Of a stretch of 64,000 nt of DNA, positions 40,449-49,915 are shown piece by piece. Made by a program: the position numbers and the translations under genes. The notes beneath the pieces were generated by a model that did not search any database, was not told where the DNA came from, and saw nothing but the letters and a program-made list of their open reading frames with translations. This stretch comes from Minisyncoccota bacterium (GTDB lineage: Bacteria > Patescibacteriota > Minisyncoccia > Phycocordibacterales > Phycocordibacteraceae), in assembly GCA_041663025.1 (NCBI GenBank), contig JBAZRE010000001.1:71585-135584 (forward strand), written 5' to 3'. Numbering within the stretch: position 1 is the first letter of the stretch; every line of letters starts with the position of its first letter.

Positions 40449-41723
40449 TTAATATTCCCGGAGGGAAACTTGTGCGTCGATCTTCTGTGCAAGGTCAAGA
40501 GCTACTTGGACAGCGATAAGGAGTGCCGTACCGCCAAGAACGAGTGTTGTAACGCCCGTGATGCCTTGAATGATTGATGGCGCAACTGCGAGAAGACCGA
40601 GGAAGCAGGCTCCGGGGAGCGTGACACGGGTCACAATGTTGCCGATGTATTCTTCAGTCTCACGGCCAGGGCGCACGCCAGGAACAAAGGCGCCTGTTTT
40701 CTGAAGATTCTCCGCGACGCGATGCGGCTCGAAGGTGACGGCAGTATAGAAGTAGGTGAAGAGCACAACGAGGACAAAATAGACCGCGCCATATTGCCAC
40801 GGATTAGAGAGGAAGGCGGTATACCAGAGTGCTGCACCAGCAGCAAACGAGACATGCACCGCACCCAACATCGAGAGCACCATCTGCGGTAAGAGTAGGA
40901 GTGAGAGTGCAAAAATAATCGGGATAACGCCCGCCTGCAAGAGACGTATCGGGAGATAGGTCGCCGCACCTTGAGACATCGCGGCGCCGCGCACCGCTCG
41001 CGCATACGCGATCGGTATAGAACGTTCAGCATCAGAGACGACAACGACTGCATAAATCATTGCGATTGCGAGGGCGAGAAAGGCGAGGTATGCCGGAATA
41101 TTTGCGGCAGTAGAAGCAAAAATGGCATTTGAGATACTTGAGGGCACGCTTGCGAGAATCCCTGCGAGAATGATGAGTGACACGCCATTGCCGATACCGA
41201 ATTCGGTGACGAGCTCGCCGAGCCACATGAGGAGCATCGATCCGGCAGCAACAATCGCGATGTCAGTGATAAACGCGACTGTGCCGAGACGCATCAAGAC
41301 ACCCTGGCTCTGGAGAAGAAGCAAGAATCCAATCGCTTGAAGGATAGCAATCGGAATAGTGAGAAGACGGCTCCATTCGATGAAACGAGCACGACCGGCC
41401 TCTCCTTCCTCAAAGTAAGCCTGCTTTATTTGTGGGAAGATGATCGTCCCAAGCTGCATGATGATTGAAGCGGTAATGTAGGGACCAACGCCAAGCATCA
41501 CAATGGAGAGTTGTGAGAGCCCGCCACCAGAAAAGATATTCAAAAGACCGAAAAATTGATTACTCGCAAAGAATGATGCGAGTGCAACACGATCAACACC
41601 AGGTATCGGTATCGAAGCGAGAAGGCGGAAGAGTGCGAGTGCACCGAGAAGAAAAAGTATGCGACGACGGATTTCAGAGTCGCCGAAAGCGAGTTTAATC
41701 TTCCGAATAAAAGAATTAAGCAT
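40449..41723 (-). CDS. secY: Preprotein translocase SecY
   Basis: Ten TM helices; start set at MLNSFIRKIK. Confidence 0.93.
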   Translation of the reverse strand: MLNSFIRKIKLAFGDSEIRRRILFLLGALALFRLLASIPIPGVDRVALASFFASNQFFGLLNIFSGGGLSQLSIVMLGVGPYITASIIMQLGTIIFPQIKQAYFEEGEAGRARFIEWSRLLTIPIAILQAIGFLLLLQSQGVLMRLGTVAFITDIAIVAAGSMLLMWLGELVTEFGIGNGVSLIILAGILASVPSSISNAIFASTAANIPAYLAFLALAIAMIYAVVVVSDAERSIPIAYARAVRGAAMSQGAATYLPIRLLQAGVIPIIFALSLLLLPQMVLSMLGAVHVSFAAGAALWYTAFLSNPWQYGAVYFVLVVLFTYFYTAVTFEPHRVAENLQKTGAFVPGVRPGRETEEYIGNIVTRVTLPGACFLGLLAVAPSIIQGITGVTTLVLGGTALLIAVQVALDLAQKIDAQVSLREY

Positions 41724-42168
41724 TGCAGGTACCGCCGGCTGCGAGAAGTGCCGCACGCGCAACGACTGAAACAGTACACCCGTTAACGATAAATGCCTTC
41801 GTGAGCGGGCCCTTACCGAGAATCTTCACGACTGGAGCGCGACCTTTCGCACGACGCACGAGCCCTTTCGCGAGAAGCGTCGATGGCGAAACGGTCTCGC
41901 CTGAAGTATACATCGCCTCAAGCTCTGTGAGATTAACTGCGGTAAGATCATTTCGGTTTGTTCGGACCGTGCGTGAACGATTCTTGCCATGCCCGCGAAG
42001 CTTCGGGAGTTTCTTGATCATGTCGCGCGATTCTGGACGAATCTTGTGCCCGGCGCGAGCACTCTGCCCCTTATGTCCGTGACCGCTGGTCTTGCCACGC
42101 TTGCCACCGCGACCAACTGGTTCGGGCTTCTTGTTCTTGGTGCGAGGGGCGATTGTGTTGAGTTGCAT
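41716..42168 (-). CDS. rplO: 50S ribosomal protein L15
   Basis: Gly/Lys/Arg-rich N-terminus GRGGKRGKTSGHGHKGQ. Confidence 0.9.
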   Translation of the reverse strand: MQLNTIAPRTKNKKPEPVGRGGKRGKTSGHGHKGQSARAGHKIRPESRDMIKKLPKLRGHGKNRSRTVRTNRNDLTAVNLTELEAMYTSGETVSPSTLLAKGLVRRAKGRAPVVKILGKGPLTKAFIVNGCTVSVVARAALLAAGGTCNA

Positions 42169-42181
42169 AATAGTAGAAAAG

Positions 42182-42802
42182 CTATTTTGAACGAAGCTTC
42201 TTCAGCGCCACAACGGTTGCCCGCGCGATCGTGAGCTTATTCTTCGAACGAGTGTGAATCTTCGTCACTACGTCGCTCACTCCTGCCAAGTCGAGAACCG
42301 TGCGCACTGCCGAACCAGCAACCAAGCCACGACCCTCTGAAGGAATGATTTCTACGGTGGAGGAGGCGTACCTTGCTTGCACAGAGTGCGGGATAGAACC
42401 CGACTTGGTGCGGAGAACGGTTATGAGATGTTTCTTGGCATCGCGTGTTGCCTTGTCGATGGCAAGTGCCGTGTCGACGGCCTTTCCCAAGCCGACGCCA
42501 ACACGACCCTTCTTATCACCGATGACAATCACGAGGGAGAAATTGAAACGGCGACCACCTGCCATAACGCGCGCCACGCGACGCACATCAATCGTCACCT
42601 GATCGAACTCTCCGCGTTCGCGTGGAGCTCTGCCACGGGCACCACCAGAACGTGGCGCGCGACCACGAATTGCGCCGCGACCACCACCGCGCGGTGCGGC
42701 AACACCAGCAATCTCAGCCGGAGCTACAACCTCTTCAGTGACTGCTGCTTTTCCTGGCACAATCACCTCCTCTATGATTTCTGTTTCCACTGGTGTAGTC
42801 AT
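42182..42802 (-). CDS. rpsE: 30S ribosomal protein S5 (with N-terminal extension)
   Basis: Contains GRRFNFSLVIVIGDKKGRVGVGLGKA. No rpmD (L30) lies between rpsE and rplO. Confidence 0.9.
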   Translation of the reverse strand: MTTPVETEIIEEVIVPGKAAVTEEVVAPAEIAGVAAPRGGGRGAIRGRAPRSGGARGRAPRERGEFDQVTIDVRRVARVMAGGRRFNFSLVIVIGDKKGRVGVGLGKAVDTALAIDKATRDAKKHLITVLRTKSGSIPHSVQARYASSTVEIIPSEGRGLVAGSAVRTVLDLAGVSDVVTKIHTRSKNKLTIARATVVALKKLRSK

Positions 42803-42807
42803 AATTA

Positions 42808-43158
42808 TTAAAAAGTGAGTCCGCCCTCACGTGCCGCATCGGCAAGTGCTTTTATCTGCCCTGCATAGCGATACCCAGCGCGATCGAAGACGATAGTGGT
42901 GATGCCCGCCGCCTTTGCCGCCTTCGCGATCGCAGAACCAACCGCCTTCGCCTGCAACGATTGCGATCCCTTGAAGTCGCGACCGTGCGCAGCGGCAACT
43001 GTGTTCCCTACTTCATCATTGATGAGTTGTGCGGAGACGAAGCGATTGCTGCGGAAGACCGCTAGACGCGGGCGCTCTGCCGTGCCCTTAATCATGGCCC
43101 TCACTCGCACGTGGCGGCGCTTGCGGAGTTCACTCGTGGTGGTTGGTTTTTTGTTCAT
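42808..43158 (-). CDS. rplR: 50S ribosomal protein L18
   Basis: RLAVFRSNRFVSAQLIND. Confidence 0.9.
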   Translation of the reverse strand: MNKKPTTTSELRKRRHVRVRAMIKGTAERPRLAVFRSNRFVSAQLINDEVGNTVAAAHGRDFKGSQSLQAKAVGSAIAKAAKAAGITTIVFDRAGYRYAGQIKALADAAREGGLTF

Positions 43159-43164
43159 GGTAGA

Positions 43165-43695
43165 TTACACGGCCTTCTTACCCTGCTTGCGGCGGATAAT
43201 CTCGCCATCATAGCGAATGCCTTTTCCGAGATATGGTTCTGGCGGCTTCACCCGGCGAATATTTGCTGCAAACTGCCCAGCTGACTCCTTGTTGATGCTC
43301 TCGATTTTCATGATGTTCTTCTCGAGCACAACCGTCACATCCTCGGGGATCGCGAGCGGGACGGTGTGCGAGAAGCCGACGGTCAATACCAAATCTTTGC
43401 CCTTGAGCTCAACGCGATAGCCGACGCCCTCGAGAATCAGTTTTATCATATAGGGCGTCTCGACGCCCTGCACCATATTCTTCACATGCGAGGCAAAGGT
43501 GCCCGTGAGCGCCTTCGCGAGCTTGGAGTGATCCTTCGGTGTGATCATGACACCATCCGCACCGACATTAATATCAACCGCTGGGTGCACGCGCTTGGTG
43601 AGCGTGCCCTTGGTGCCCTTCACCGTCAGCGTGCCACCAGCGACCGAAACAGCGGTCTTTCCTACGGCTATTGGCTTCTTTGCAAGGCGTGACAT
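43165..43695 (-). CDS. rplF: 50S ribosomal protein L6
   Basis: Begins MSRLAKKPIAVGKTAVSVAGGTLTVKG, with the start at an internal Met 16 nt after the rpsH stop. Confidence 0.9.
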   Translation of the reverse strand: MSRLAKKPIAVGKTAVSVAGGTLTVKGTKGTLTKRVHPAVDINVGADGVMITPKDHSKLAKALTGTFASHVKNMVQGVETPYMIKLILEGVGYRVELKGKDLVLTVGFSHTVPLAIPEDVTVVLEKNIMKIESINKESAGQFAANIRRVKPPEPYLGKGIRYDGEIIRRKQGKKAV

Positions 43696-43711
43696 ACAAA
43701 AATAATTACAA

Positions 43712-44113
43712 TTACCAAATCTCAAAAAGCTCTTCGCCACCCGTGCGATTCTTGCGTGCCTCCGCATCAGAGATGATGCCAACTGAGGAGGAGAGTATGC
43801 GCGCTCCCGTGCCACCCTTCACCGAGTGTGCAGCAGTAGAAGGAGTATAAAGTCGGCGACCTGGCTTAGAGATGCGCTTCACCCCACGGAGCTTCGCCTC
43901 GCCACGCTCGTTGTAGGAGAGCGTTATAACGAGCATTCTTCCTTTTGTATTTGCATCGCCGTCAATAGCAATCGTGGCGATAAACCCGAGCTCCTTGAGC
44001 TTCTTCGCAATAGCGAGCAGGTGTGCTGAATATGGAGCGACGACTTCACGCTTGCCGACCATGGCGGCATTCTGTAAACGAATTATGAAATCTCCAACGC
44101 GGTCAGTTACCAT
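43712..44113 (-). CDS. rpsH: 30S ribosomal protein S8
   Basis: Begins MVTDRVGDFIIRLQNA, with the start 4 nt after the rpsN stop. Confidence 0.9.
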   Translation of the reverse strand: MVTDRVGDFIIRLQNAAMVGKREVVAPYSAHLLAIAKKLKELGFIATIAIDGDANTKGRMLVITLSYNERGEAKLRGVKRISKPGRRLYTPSTAAHSVKGGTGARILSSSVGIISDAEARKNRTGGEELFEIW

Positions 44114-44117
44114 ACAA

Positions 44118-44387
44118 TTACCAAGAGGCTTTCTTAACACCAGGGATCTTGCCGTCGCGAGCGAGCTCGCGGAACTGGATGCGAGAGAGGCCGAAGGCGC
44201 GCATATAGCCGCGCGAGCGGCCCGTGATCGCACAACGGTTCTTGAGGCGCACTGGTGAGGAGTTTCTCGGGAGCTTCTGGAGACCTTCAGAGTCGCCAGC
44301 CAACTTCAAAGCAGCACGCTTGACCGCGTACTTCTTAACGAGTTTCGTCTTTTTGACTAGTCGTGCGAGTTGGGACTTTTTAGCCAT
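44118..44387 (-). CDS. rpsN: 30S ribosomal protein S14 (long, non-zinc type)
   Basis: [20 protein letters not shown]...[17 protein letters not shown]. Confidence 0.88.
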   Translation of the reverse strand: MAKKSQLARLVKKTKLVKKYAVKRAALKLAGDSEGLQKLPRNSSPVRLKNRCAITGRSRGYMRAFGLSRIQFRELARDGKIPGVKKASW

Positions 44388-44648
44388 GAAAAAATAATGG
44401 CTCCGAAGAGCTCCTGCTACTGTAGCAAATAGGCACTACGCCGTCAAACGACCCTCGGAAGCAACCAAAACTTGCCCAACAAAAGCCCTCCCCTCCTACG
44501 GGCAGGTATCCCTATTTTCTGCTATAGCAGTATTATTGGGTCATAAGTAGGGGTTAGCCCTCGTTGCTATTGCCCCTGAATCTGGTACCGTCTGGATAGA
44601 AGCAAATGTTGGTTGTAAAAATATAAAACAGAAAGGGGGTAAGAAGAG

Positions 44649-44930
44649 ATGGCAAGAAAGGGAATAGTGGTAAAAACAGAAATAACGGTGAACAAAGTTC
44701 CTAAGATTCCTGAGTGGCCAGAGTCGCTTCGAGAAGCCATGCTGGGCGTCGTGTTGGCTGGATGCAACCGCCCAGATGGGTTTGCTGTTGTTTGGGTGAC
44801 CATTCACGCGGCCCTTATGAAGAAGGGGGTTGCCGAGGCAAGCCTGTTCATGAAAAATCTTCCCCTGCATGTGAATCATTTTCTTTTCAAAAAATCTGGG
44901 AAGATTGAAATTGTTCCTTTCCCACAATAA
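44649..44930 (+). CDS. Hypothetical 93 aa protein encoded antisense within the spc operon
   Basis: AAAGGGGGT SD-like element 8 nt upstream; followed by an intrinsic terminator. No recognisable motifs. Confidence 0.35.
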   Translation: MARKGIVVKTEITVNKVPKIPEWPESLREAMLGVVLAGCNRPDGFAVVWVTIHAALMKKGVAEASLFMKNLPLHVNHFLFKKSGKIEIVPFPQ

Positions 44931-44952
44931 CTGCACATAAGGTGCCTAAACC

Positions 44953-44995
44953 AAAACCCGCTCTACGAGCGGGTTTTCACTTTTTTATTTTTAAA
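44953..44995. terminator. Intrinsic terminator (AAAACCCGCTC-tac-GAGCGGGTTTT + T-run)
   Basis: Downstream of both the plus-strand small ORF and minus-strand rplE. Confidence 0.55.
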
Positions 44996-45004
44996 TCTGT
45001 AAAC

Positions 45005-45571
45005 TTATTTCTTTGGCGCGGCTGAATCAACGATGAGCGGCATGCCGAGATGTCGGAAGAATGCTTCTGCCTCGGGCTTCGATTTGGCGGTAGTCACGAC
45101 GGTCACCGCGAGACCGAAAACATCTTTCAAATCTTCATCAGATGTTTCTGGAAAAATGGTGTGATCCTTGAGCCCAATTGTGATGTTGCCCATGTCATCG
45201 ATCGCCTTGGCCGAGAGACCACGGAAGTCGCGTGTGCGCGGGAGCGCGATGTGGATGAGCTTGTCGATAAAGTCATACATACGCGCGCCGCGCAGCGTCA
45301 CTTGGAGGCCAACCGTGTCACCCTCACGCACCTTGAAGGCGGCGATGGAGGTCTTGGCAGAGCGCGGTGCAGCTTTCTGACCGGTAATCTTTGCAAGACG
45401 ATCGGCGATGAGCTCAAGCTGCTTTTTATCGCGCTTCTTGCCGACACCCGAGGAGACAATCGCCTTGGTGATGCGCGCACCCTGCATCGGGCTGGTGTAG
45501 CCAAACTCCTTCGCGAGCGCGAGGTAGGCGGACTGCTGTCTTTGTTTGGTGATTGAAATTGGAGTAGCCAT
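45005..45571 (-). CDS. rplE: 50S ribosomal protein L5
   Basis: 188 aa, canonical L5. Confidence 0.92.
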   Translation of the reverse strand: MATPISITKQRQQSAYLALAKEFGYTSPMQGARITKAIVSSGVGKKRDKKQLELIADRLAKITGQKAAPRSAKTSIAAFKVREGDTVGLQVTLRGARMYDFIDKLIHIALPRTRDFRGLSAKAIDDMGNITIGLKDHTIFPETSDEDLKDVFGLAVTVVTTAKSKPEAEAFFRHLGMPLIVDSAAPKK

Positions 45572-45573
45572 AA

Positions 45574-45831
45574 TTATTTTACGCTCAAGAGAGACTCTTT
45601 CTTCTTGGTAACGCCCGACTGTACCCGCTTCACGTTTGAGGCATCGATCGCGCGCGGGCGTTCAACAATGCGACCCACCTTCCCTGCCGCACCCTTCAAA
45701 TGGCGCTTATAGAGCGCAACGCCATCAATCACGACCTTATTCTCACTCGGGAGTGCACGCACGATAGCTCCGGACTTGCCCTTGTCCTTACCCGATATCA
45801 CCAATACTTCATCTCCTTTTTTTACATGCAT
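45574..45831 (-). CDS. rplX: 50S ribosomal protein L24
   Basis: KOW motif KKGDEVLVISGKDKGKSG. Confidence 0.85.
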   Translation of the reverse strand: MHVKKGDEVLVISGKDKGKSGAIVRALPSENKVVIDGVALYKRHLKGAAGKVGRIVERPRAIDASNVKRVQSGVTKKKESLLSVK

Positions 45832-45841
45832 ACAAATATAA

Positions 45842-46219
45842 TTAGACGACTTCTTGTGCCAGAGACACAATAGAGTGCCAGCCCTTCTCTGATAGTTCGC
45901 GTGGCACGGGGCCGAAGATACGATTCCCCTTCGGGCCCATCTCCTTGCCCTGCTTCTCTATCAGTACGATCGCATTCTCATCAAAGCGGATGCTGGAACC
46001 ATCTTTTCGTTGAAACGGTTTAACTTGGCGCACGACCACCGCACGGAAGATGTCCTTCTTCTTCACCGCTTTGCGCGGTTCAGCAGTCTGCACCGAAATA
46101 ACAACCGTATCGCCAATGCGTGCATAGCGACGATGCGATCCGCCGAGCACCTTGAAAACTCGTGCAACTTTGCCGCCTGAGTTATCTGCAATCATGACGA
46201 TGGATTGTGGTTGTAACAT
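45842..46219 (-). CDS. rplN: 50S ribosomal protein L14
   Basis: MLQPQSIVMIADNSGGKVARVFKVLGG. Confidence 0.92.
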   Translation of the reverse strand: MLQPQSIVMIADNSGGKVARVFKVLGGSHRRYARIGDTVVISVQTAEPRKAVKKKDIFRAVVVRQVKPFQRKDGSSIRFDENAIVLIEKQGKEMGPKGNRIFGPVPRELSEKGWHSIVSLAQEVV

Positions 46220-46220
46220 A

Positions 46221-46541
46221 TTATTTTTCCGAGTCAGCCGAGGAGACACCTCGCGGCGAGGAGTCACCTCGGCTGGTGTCTCCTCGGTCTGATTTCTCGA
46301 TTTTTGAAATCTTGAAACGCTTCAACTTTGAAATCGGACGTGTAGCTACGATAGTTACCTTGTCACCGACCTGTGCTGTATTGCCGACATCATGCACAAG
46401 GTACTTTTTAGAGAGCACAAAATATTTCTTCAACTTCGCATTCTTCTCGAAACGATCGACACGAACCGTGGCCGTATCTTTCATGGCCGTCTTCACGACG
46501 ACGCCAGAGAATGATTGTGGGTTTGAGGTTTCTTTTTTCAT
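46221..46541 (-). CDS. rpsQ: 30S ribosomal protein S17 (with C-terminal extension)
   Basis: VVKTAMKDTATVRVDRFEKNAKLKKY. Confidence 0.88.
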   Translation of the reverse strand: MKKETSNPQSFSGVVVKTAMKDTATVRVDRFEKNAKLKKYFVLSKKYLVHDVGNTAQVGDKVTIVATRPISKLKRFKISKIEKSDRGDTSRGDSSPRGVSSADSEK

Positions 46542-46546
46542 AGGAT

Positions 46547-46747
46547 TTATACGGCCTTCAGATTACGACCATGTTGCTCGGTCAGAATACGCGCGATAGT
46601 CGTGCGAAGTTTCTTCGGAGCATTACTCTCTTTAGCACGTGAGCCAGCAGCTGAGAAACGCTCGGTGCGCAGGGCGGCACGCGTATCGGCAAGAAGCCCC
46701 GTGAGCTCCTGGTCAGTCTTGGTTGTCATAGATTCTTTTTTTGTCAT
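46547..46747 (-). CDS. rpmC: 50S ribosomal protein L29
   Basis: 66 aa, with the LTGLLADTRAALRTERF helix. Confidence 0.85.
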   Translation of the reverse strand: MTKKESMTTKTDQELTGLLADTRAALRTERFSAAGSRAKESNAPKKLRTTIARILTEQHGRNLKAV

Positions 46748-46768
46748 ACAAATGGAAGAAAAGCAAAC

Positions 46769-47191
46769 TTAATGGGATAGAACGATCGCTGTCTTGACCG
46801 GAAGCTTCATGCCAGCCTTGCGCAGGTGCTCACGTGCGATTGCTTCTGGGACACCGTCATACTCGAATAGAACACGGCCCGGACGCACCTCAAAAACGTA
46901 GTGCTTTGGTTCGCCCTTTCCACTTCCCATGCCCACTTCCGCTGGCTTCTGCGTCACGGGGCGGTCGGGAAAGATGCGAATCCAGAGCTTGCCGGTCTTC
47001 GCTGTTGCGCGTGTGAGCACCTTGCGCGCCGCCTCAATCTGATTGCTCGTTACGCGCGCACTCGAGAGCGCCTTGAGTGCAATTGAGCCGAAGACCACAG
47101 TGATACCGCGTGTGTCAGGACGCGAAAGACGCTTCAAGCTCTTGCGCTGCGTCTGCCACTTGCGATGCTTAACTTTTTTAGGAAACAACAT
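46769..47191 (-). CDS. rplP: 50S ribosomal protein L16
   Basis: Begins [17 protein letters not shown], with the start at an internal Met 10 nt after the rpsC stop. Confidence 0.92.
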   Translation of the reverse strand: MLFPKKVKHRKWQTQRKSLKRLSRPDTRGITVVFGSIALKALSSARVTSNQIEAARKVLTRATAKTGKLWIRIFPDRPVTQKPAEVGMGSGKGEPKHYVFEVRPGRVLFEYDGVPEAIAREHLRKAGMKLPVKTAIVLSH

Positions 47192-47201
47192 ACAAAAAAT
47201 A

Positions 47202-47903
47202 TTAGCCGCGTGACACTCCCTCAGGAATGCGCACTGGGGTCTTCTTGTCTTGATAGACATTCCCGCGGAAGATCCACACCTTGATGCCGATAACACCATA
47301 CGGCAAGTGCGCTTCCTCATAAGCAAAGTCAATGTCGGCACGGAAGGTTTGGAGTGGAATACGACCTTTCTTCGCCTCCTCCTTGCGGCTCATCTCTGCT
47401 CCGCCCAAGCGACCAGAGAGAGTGATGCGAACGCCCTCGACCTCGCGCGCCGCAATAACCTTCTCAACCGTTTGCTTCATTACCCGGCGAAACGGCATGC
47501 GCTTCTCGAGTCCTTCAGCAACCATGTAGGCGACGACCGCAGCGTCGGTCTCTGGCTGACGCATTTCGACAATGTCGAGCTTCAAGGTACGCGTATCCTT
47601 TGGCGCAACAGCGCGGATAGCATCTGATACCTCCTTACGCAACTTGGTCGCGTTCTCTCCTGAACGTCCGATGACGAGTCCTGGGCGCGCAGTCGAGAGA
47701 ATAACGCGAAGCGTACTCGCCGAGCGCTCGATCTCGATGCCACTCGTATAGGTACCGCGAAGACGCTTTGTGAGGAAGCGACGAATCGTCTCATCGACCT
47801 TGATGTTCTCGCAGTAACTCTTCTTATCGGCAGCGAACCAACGACTCTTCCAATCTCGGATGATGCCGAGACGGTGTGCGTAAGGATGTACTGTGTGAGT
47901 CAT
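47202..47903 (-). CDS. rpsC: 30S ribosomal protein S3
   Basis: KH domain plus an S3 C-terminal domain; 233 aa. Confidence 0.93.
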   Translation of the reverse strand: MTHTVHPYAHRLGIIRDWKSRWFAADKKSYCENIKVDETIRRFLTKRLRGTYTSGIEIERSASTLRVILSTARPGLVIGRSGENATKLRKEVSDAIRAVAPKDTRTLKLDIVEMRQPETDAAVVAYMVAEGLEKRMPFRRVMKQTVEKVIAAREVEGVRITLSGRLGGAEMSRKEEAKKGRIPLQTFRADIDFAYEEAHLPYGVIGIKVWIFRGNVYQDKKTPVRIPEGVSRG

Positions 47904-47907
47904 AAGT

Positions 47908-48228
47908 TTATGCGAGCGTCACGATTACCCTGCTCTTGCGACGGCGAATAGCTGAAGCACGTCCGAATGCACGCGGCATAAAGCGTTTCGTCATACCGGC
48001 ATTCTCGACAATAATGTTTTTCACTATAAGTTCATCGGGTTTTTTGCCCTGCTCCTTTGCACTCGCAACCGCGCTCTTGATGAGCTTCGCCACCGGCTCT
48101 GCAGCGCGCTTGGGGAGGAACTGGAGTGCGGCGAGTGCGGCGGCAATCTTCTTGCCCTTAACGAGCTCAGTCACCAAGCGCGTCTTGCGCGGTGATTGAT
48201 TATGACTCTTGAGTGTTGCATTCGCCAT
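47908..48228 (-). CDS. rplV: 50S ribosomal protein L22
   Basis: 106 aa. Confidence 0.9.
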   Translation of the reverse strand: MANATLKSHNQSPRKTRLVTELVKGKKIAAALAALQFLPKRAAEPVAKLIKSAVASAKEQGKKPDELIVKNIIVENAGMTKRFMPRAFGRASAIRRRKSRVIVTLA

Positions 48229-48230
48229 AC

Positions 48231-48587
48231 TTATTTTTTAGCGGCGGGTTTCGCAGCGGCAGTAGATTCTTTTGCCGCTTTTGCAGAAGCAATCTCAGAC
48301 TCGGCCTTCTTGGCCTCCATCTCCTTCTGCATCTTGCCGCCATGACGGATGAACTTCTTGGTTGGCGAGAATTCGCCGAGGCGATGCCCCACCATCTCTT
48401 CAGAGACGAGCACCTCGAGATGTTGCTTGCCGTTATGGACACCAAAGGTGAAGCCGATCATGTCTGGGCTGATCTGGCTGCGGCGTGCCCACGTCTTAAT
48501 CACTCCCGCCGTGGACGGTTTTGCATTCTGAACCTTCTTCAAGAGTTTGAAGTCTATGAAAGGTCCTTTTTTGAGTGAGCGTGACAT
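48231..48587 (-). CDS. rpsS: 30S ribosomal protein S19 (with Lys/Ala-rich C-terminal tail)
   Basis: [19 protein letters not shown]...GHRLGEF. Confidence 0.92.
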   Translation of the reverse strand: MSRSLKKGPFIDFKLLKKVQNAKPSTAGVIKTWARRSQISPDMIGFTFGVHNGKQHLEVLVSEEMVGHRLGEFSPTKKFIRHGGKMQKEMEAKKAESEIASAKAAKESTAAAKPAAKK

Positions 48588-48599
48588 GTAAAAGCAATG

Positions 48600-48627
48600 A
48601 AAAGCCCGCGCAGCGGGATAGTTAGAA
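48600..48627 (-). terminator. Hairpin CCCGC-gca-GCGGG followed by a T-rich tract, immediately upstream of rpsS
   Basis: On the minus strand: CCCGCUGCGCGGG followed by CUUUUCAUUGCUUUUAC. Confidence 0.4.
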
Positions 48628-48727
48628 GATACAGGAAGGCGTCTGTAGAGTCAACTGTACCGTTCCCAGACACCCTCATAAATCCTAGGCGATTTCAGAA
48701 CCTTGACAAATGCAAAATAAGACGTGC

Positions 48728-49840
48728 TTAGAGAGCGAAGACCTTCGCACGGGTCATAGGCCCAAACCACCCCGTCGGAGGGAGCCCGACACTCTTCTGG
48801 AATTTTATGAGTGCCGTATAGGTTTTGAAGCCGAAGTAGGTAGTCTCATTGCCGGGAGAGCCGACACCGCCAGCAGCGATACTGAAGCCGTGGGTATTGA
48901 GGAATTGCTGGAGCACTTTGACGTCATTATTTGTCTGGTAGAGCGAGAGATTACGCGTAAAGGAAAACGAAGTTTTTTTAGTAGAAGCGGATGTGATGGG
49001 AGTGGAAGTGGCTGGAGAAGATGGGGCTGTGAACGCCACTTTTACCGAAGAAGATTGTGGAGAAACGCGGCCTTTTGTGTCATACGATGCGATTGTATAG
49101 GTATGTGTGCTTCCTGGGGAGACAGTTGCTGTATACGAGGTCAATGTGGTGTTTCCGATCTGATATCCATCCTGATAGATATAATATCCAACGACGGAGG
49201 CTGATGGGCTCCATGAGAGCGTCACCTGATAGGAACTATTTGCTGTCGCGGTGAGATTGGTCGGTTGTGGAAGCGATATACCAATAACAGATGCTGGGGT
49301 TGGCGATGGTTGCGTTGTTATCGTAGCAGTCGGTTGTGGTGCACTCGATCCTGATGACGATTGTGTTGTGTTAGAAGAAGGGTTTGAAGCGGGAGCAGAA
49401 GTAACAGGGGCAGAAGTAATTTGAGCTATTGCTTTATGTACTTCACTGGAGAAAGCGCTTTCGTTTCCAGATGTATCAACCGCACTGGTGGAAAAATAAT
49501 ATGTTTGGCCATTGGTCAGGCCGGTGAATGCATAGGTCGTAACGTTGCCTACAGTAATACCCGTGATGTATCCGCACGTGCCACACACCTTGGGGTCAGT
49601 ACCAGTTCGCGGCGAAGTACCATAGTAGATTCTATAATTCGCAAGATCCGATTCGGTGTTGGCATTCCATGTTAGTGTGGCCGTCCCTGTCCCTGAACCA
49701 ATCACTGCAGCCACGTTTGATTTTAGAATCTGATTCTGGAAAAGAGTAACGATGCTTGGATAAGAGACCCATGCAACCCCGGCGAGTAACACCACCGCGA
49801 TTGTCGCCACCACCAGAGTTAGTGCTTTTTTGTTATTCAT
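48728..49840 (-). CDS. Membrane-anchored surface protein with two fibronectin type III domains, Ser/Thr/Pro linker and C-terminal PG_binding_1 peptidoglycan-binding domain
   Basis: FN3 signature LTWNANTESDLANYRIYYGTS. PG-binding motif VKVLQQFLNTHGF...GVGSPGNETTYFGFKTYTALIKFQKSVGLPPTGWFGPMT. Start set at MNNKKALTL. Confidence 0.7.
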   Translation of the reverse strand: MNNKKALTLVVATIAVVLLAGVAWVSYPSIVTLFQNQILKSNVAAVIGSGTGTATLTWNANTESDLANYRIYYGTSPRTGTDPKVCGTCGYITGITVGNVTTYAFTGLTNGQTYYFSTSAVDTSGNESAFSSEVHKAIAQITSAPVTSAPASNPSSNTTQSSSGSSAPQPTATITTQPSPTPASVIGISLPQPTNLTATANSSYQVTLSWSPSASVVGYYIYQDGYQIGNTTLTSYTATVSPGSTHTYTIASYDTKGRVSPQSSSVKVAFTAPSSPATSTPITSASTKKTSFSFTRNLSLYQTNNDVKVLQQFLNTHGFSIAAGGVGSPGNETTYFGFKTYTALIKFQKSVGLPPTGWFGPMTRAKVFAL

Positions 49841-49915
49841 ACGTAACCCGACACGGCCTATGGTAGCACGCAAACTAAAATCCCGTGCCAAGGCACGGGA
49901 TTTTAGTTTTCGGTG

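Noticed and set aside
44541-44936. Minus-strand 131 aa ORF in the rplE-rpsN gap
   Set aside because: It overlaps the better-supported plus-strand ORF, has no SD and gives a Cys/His/Phe-rich implausible sequence.
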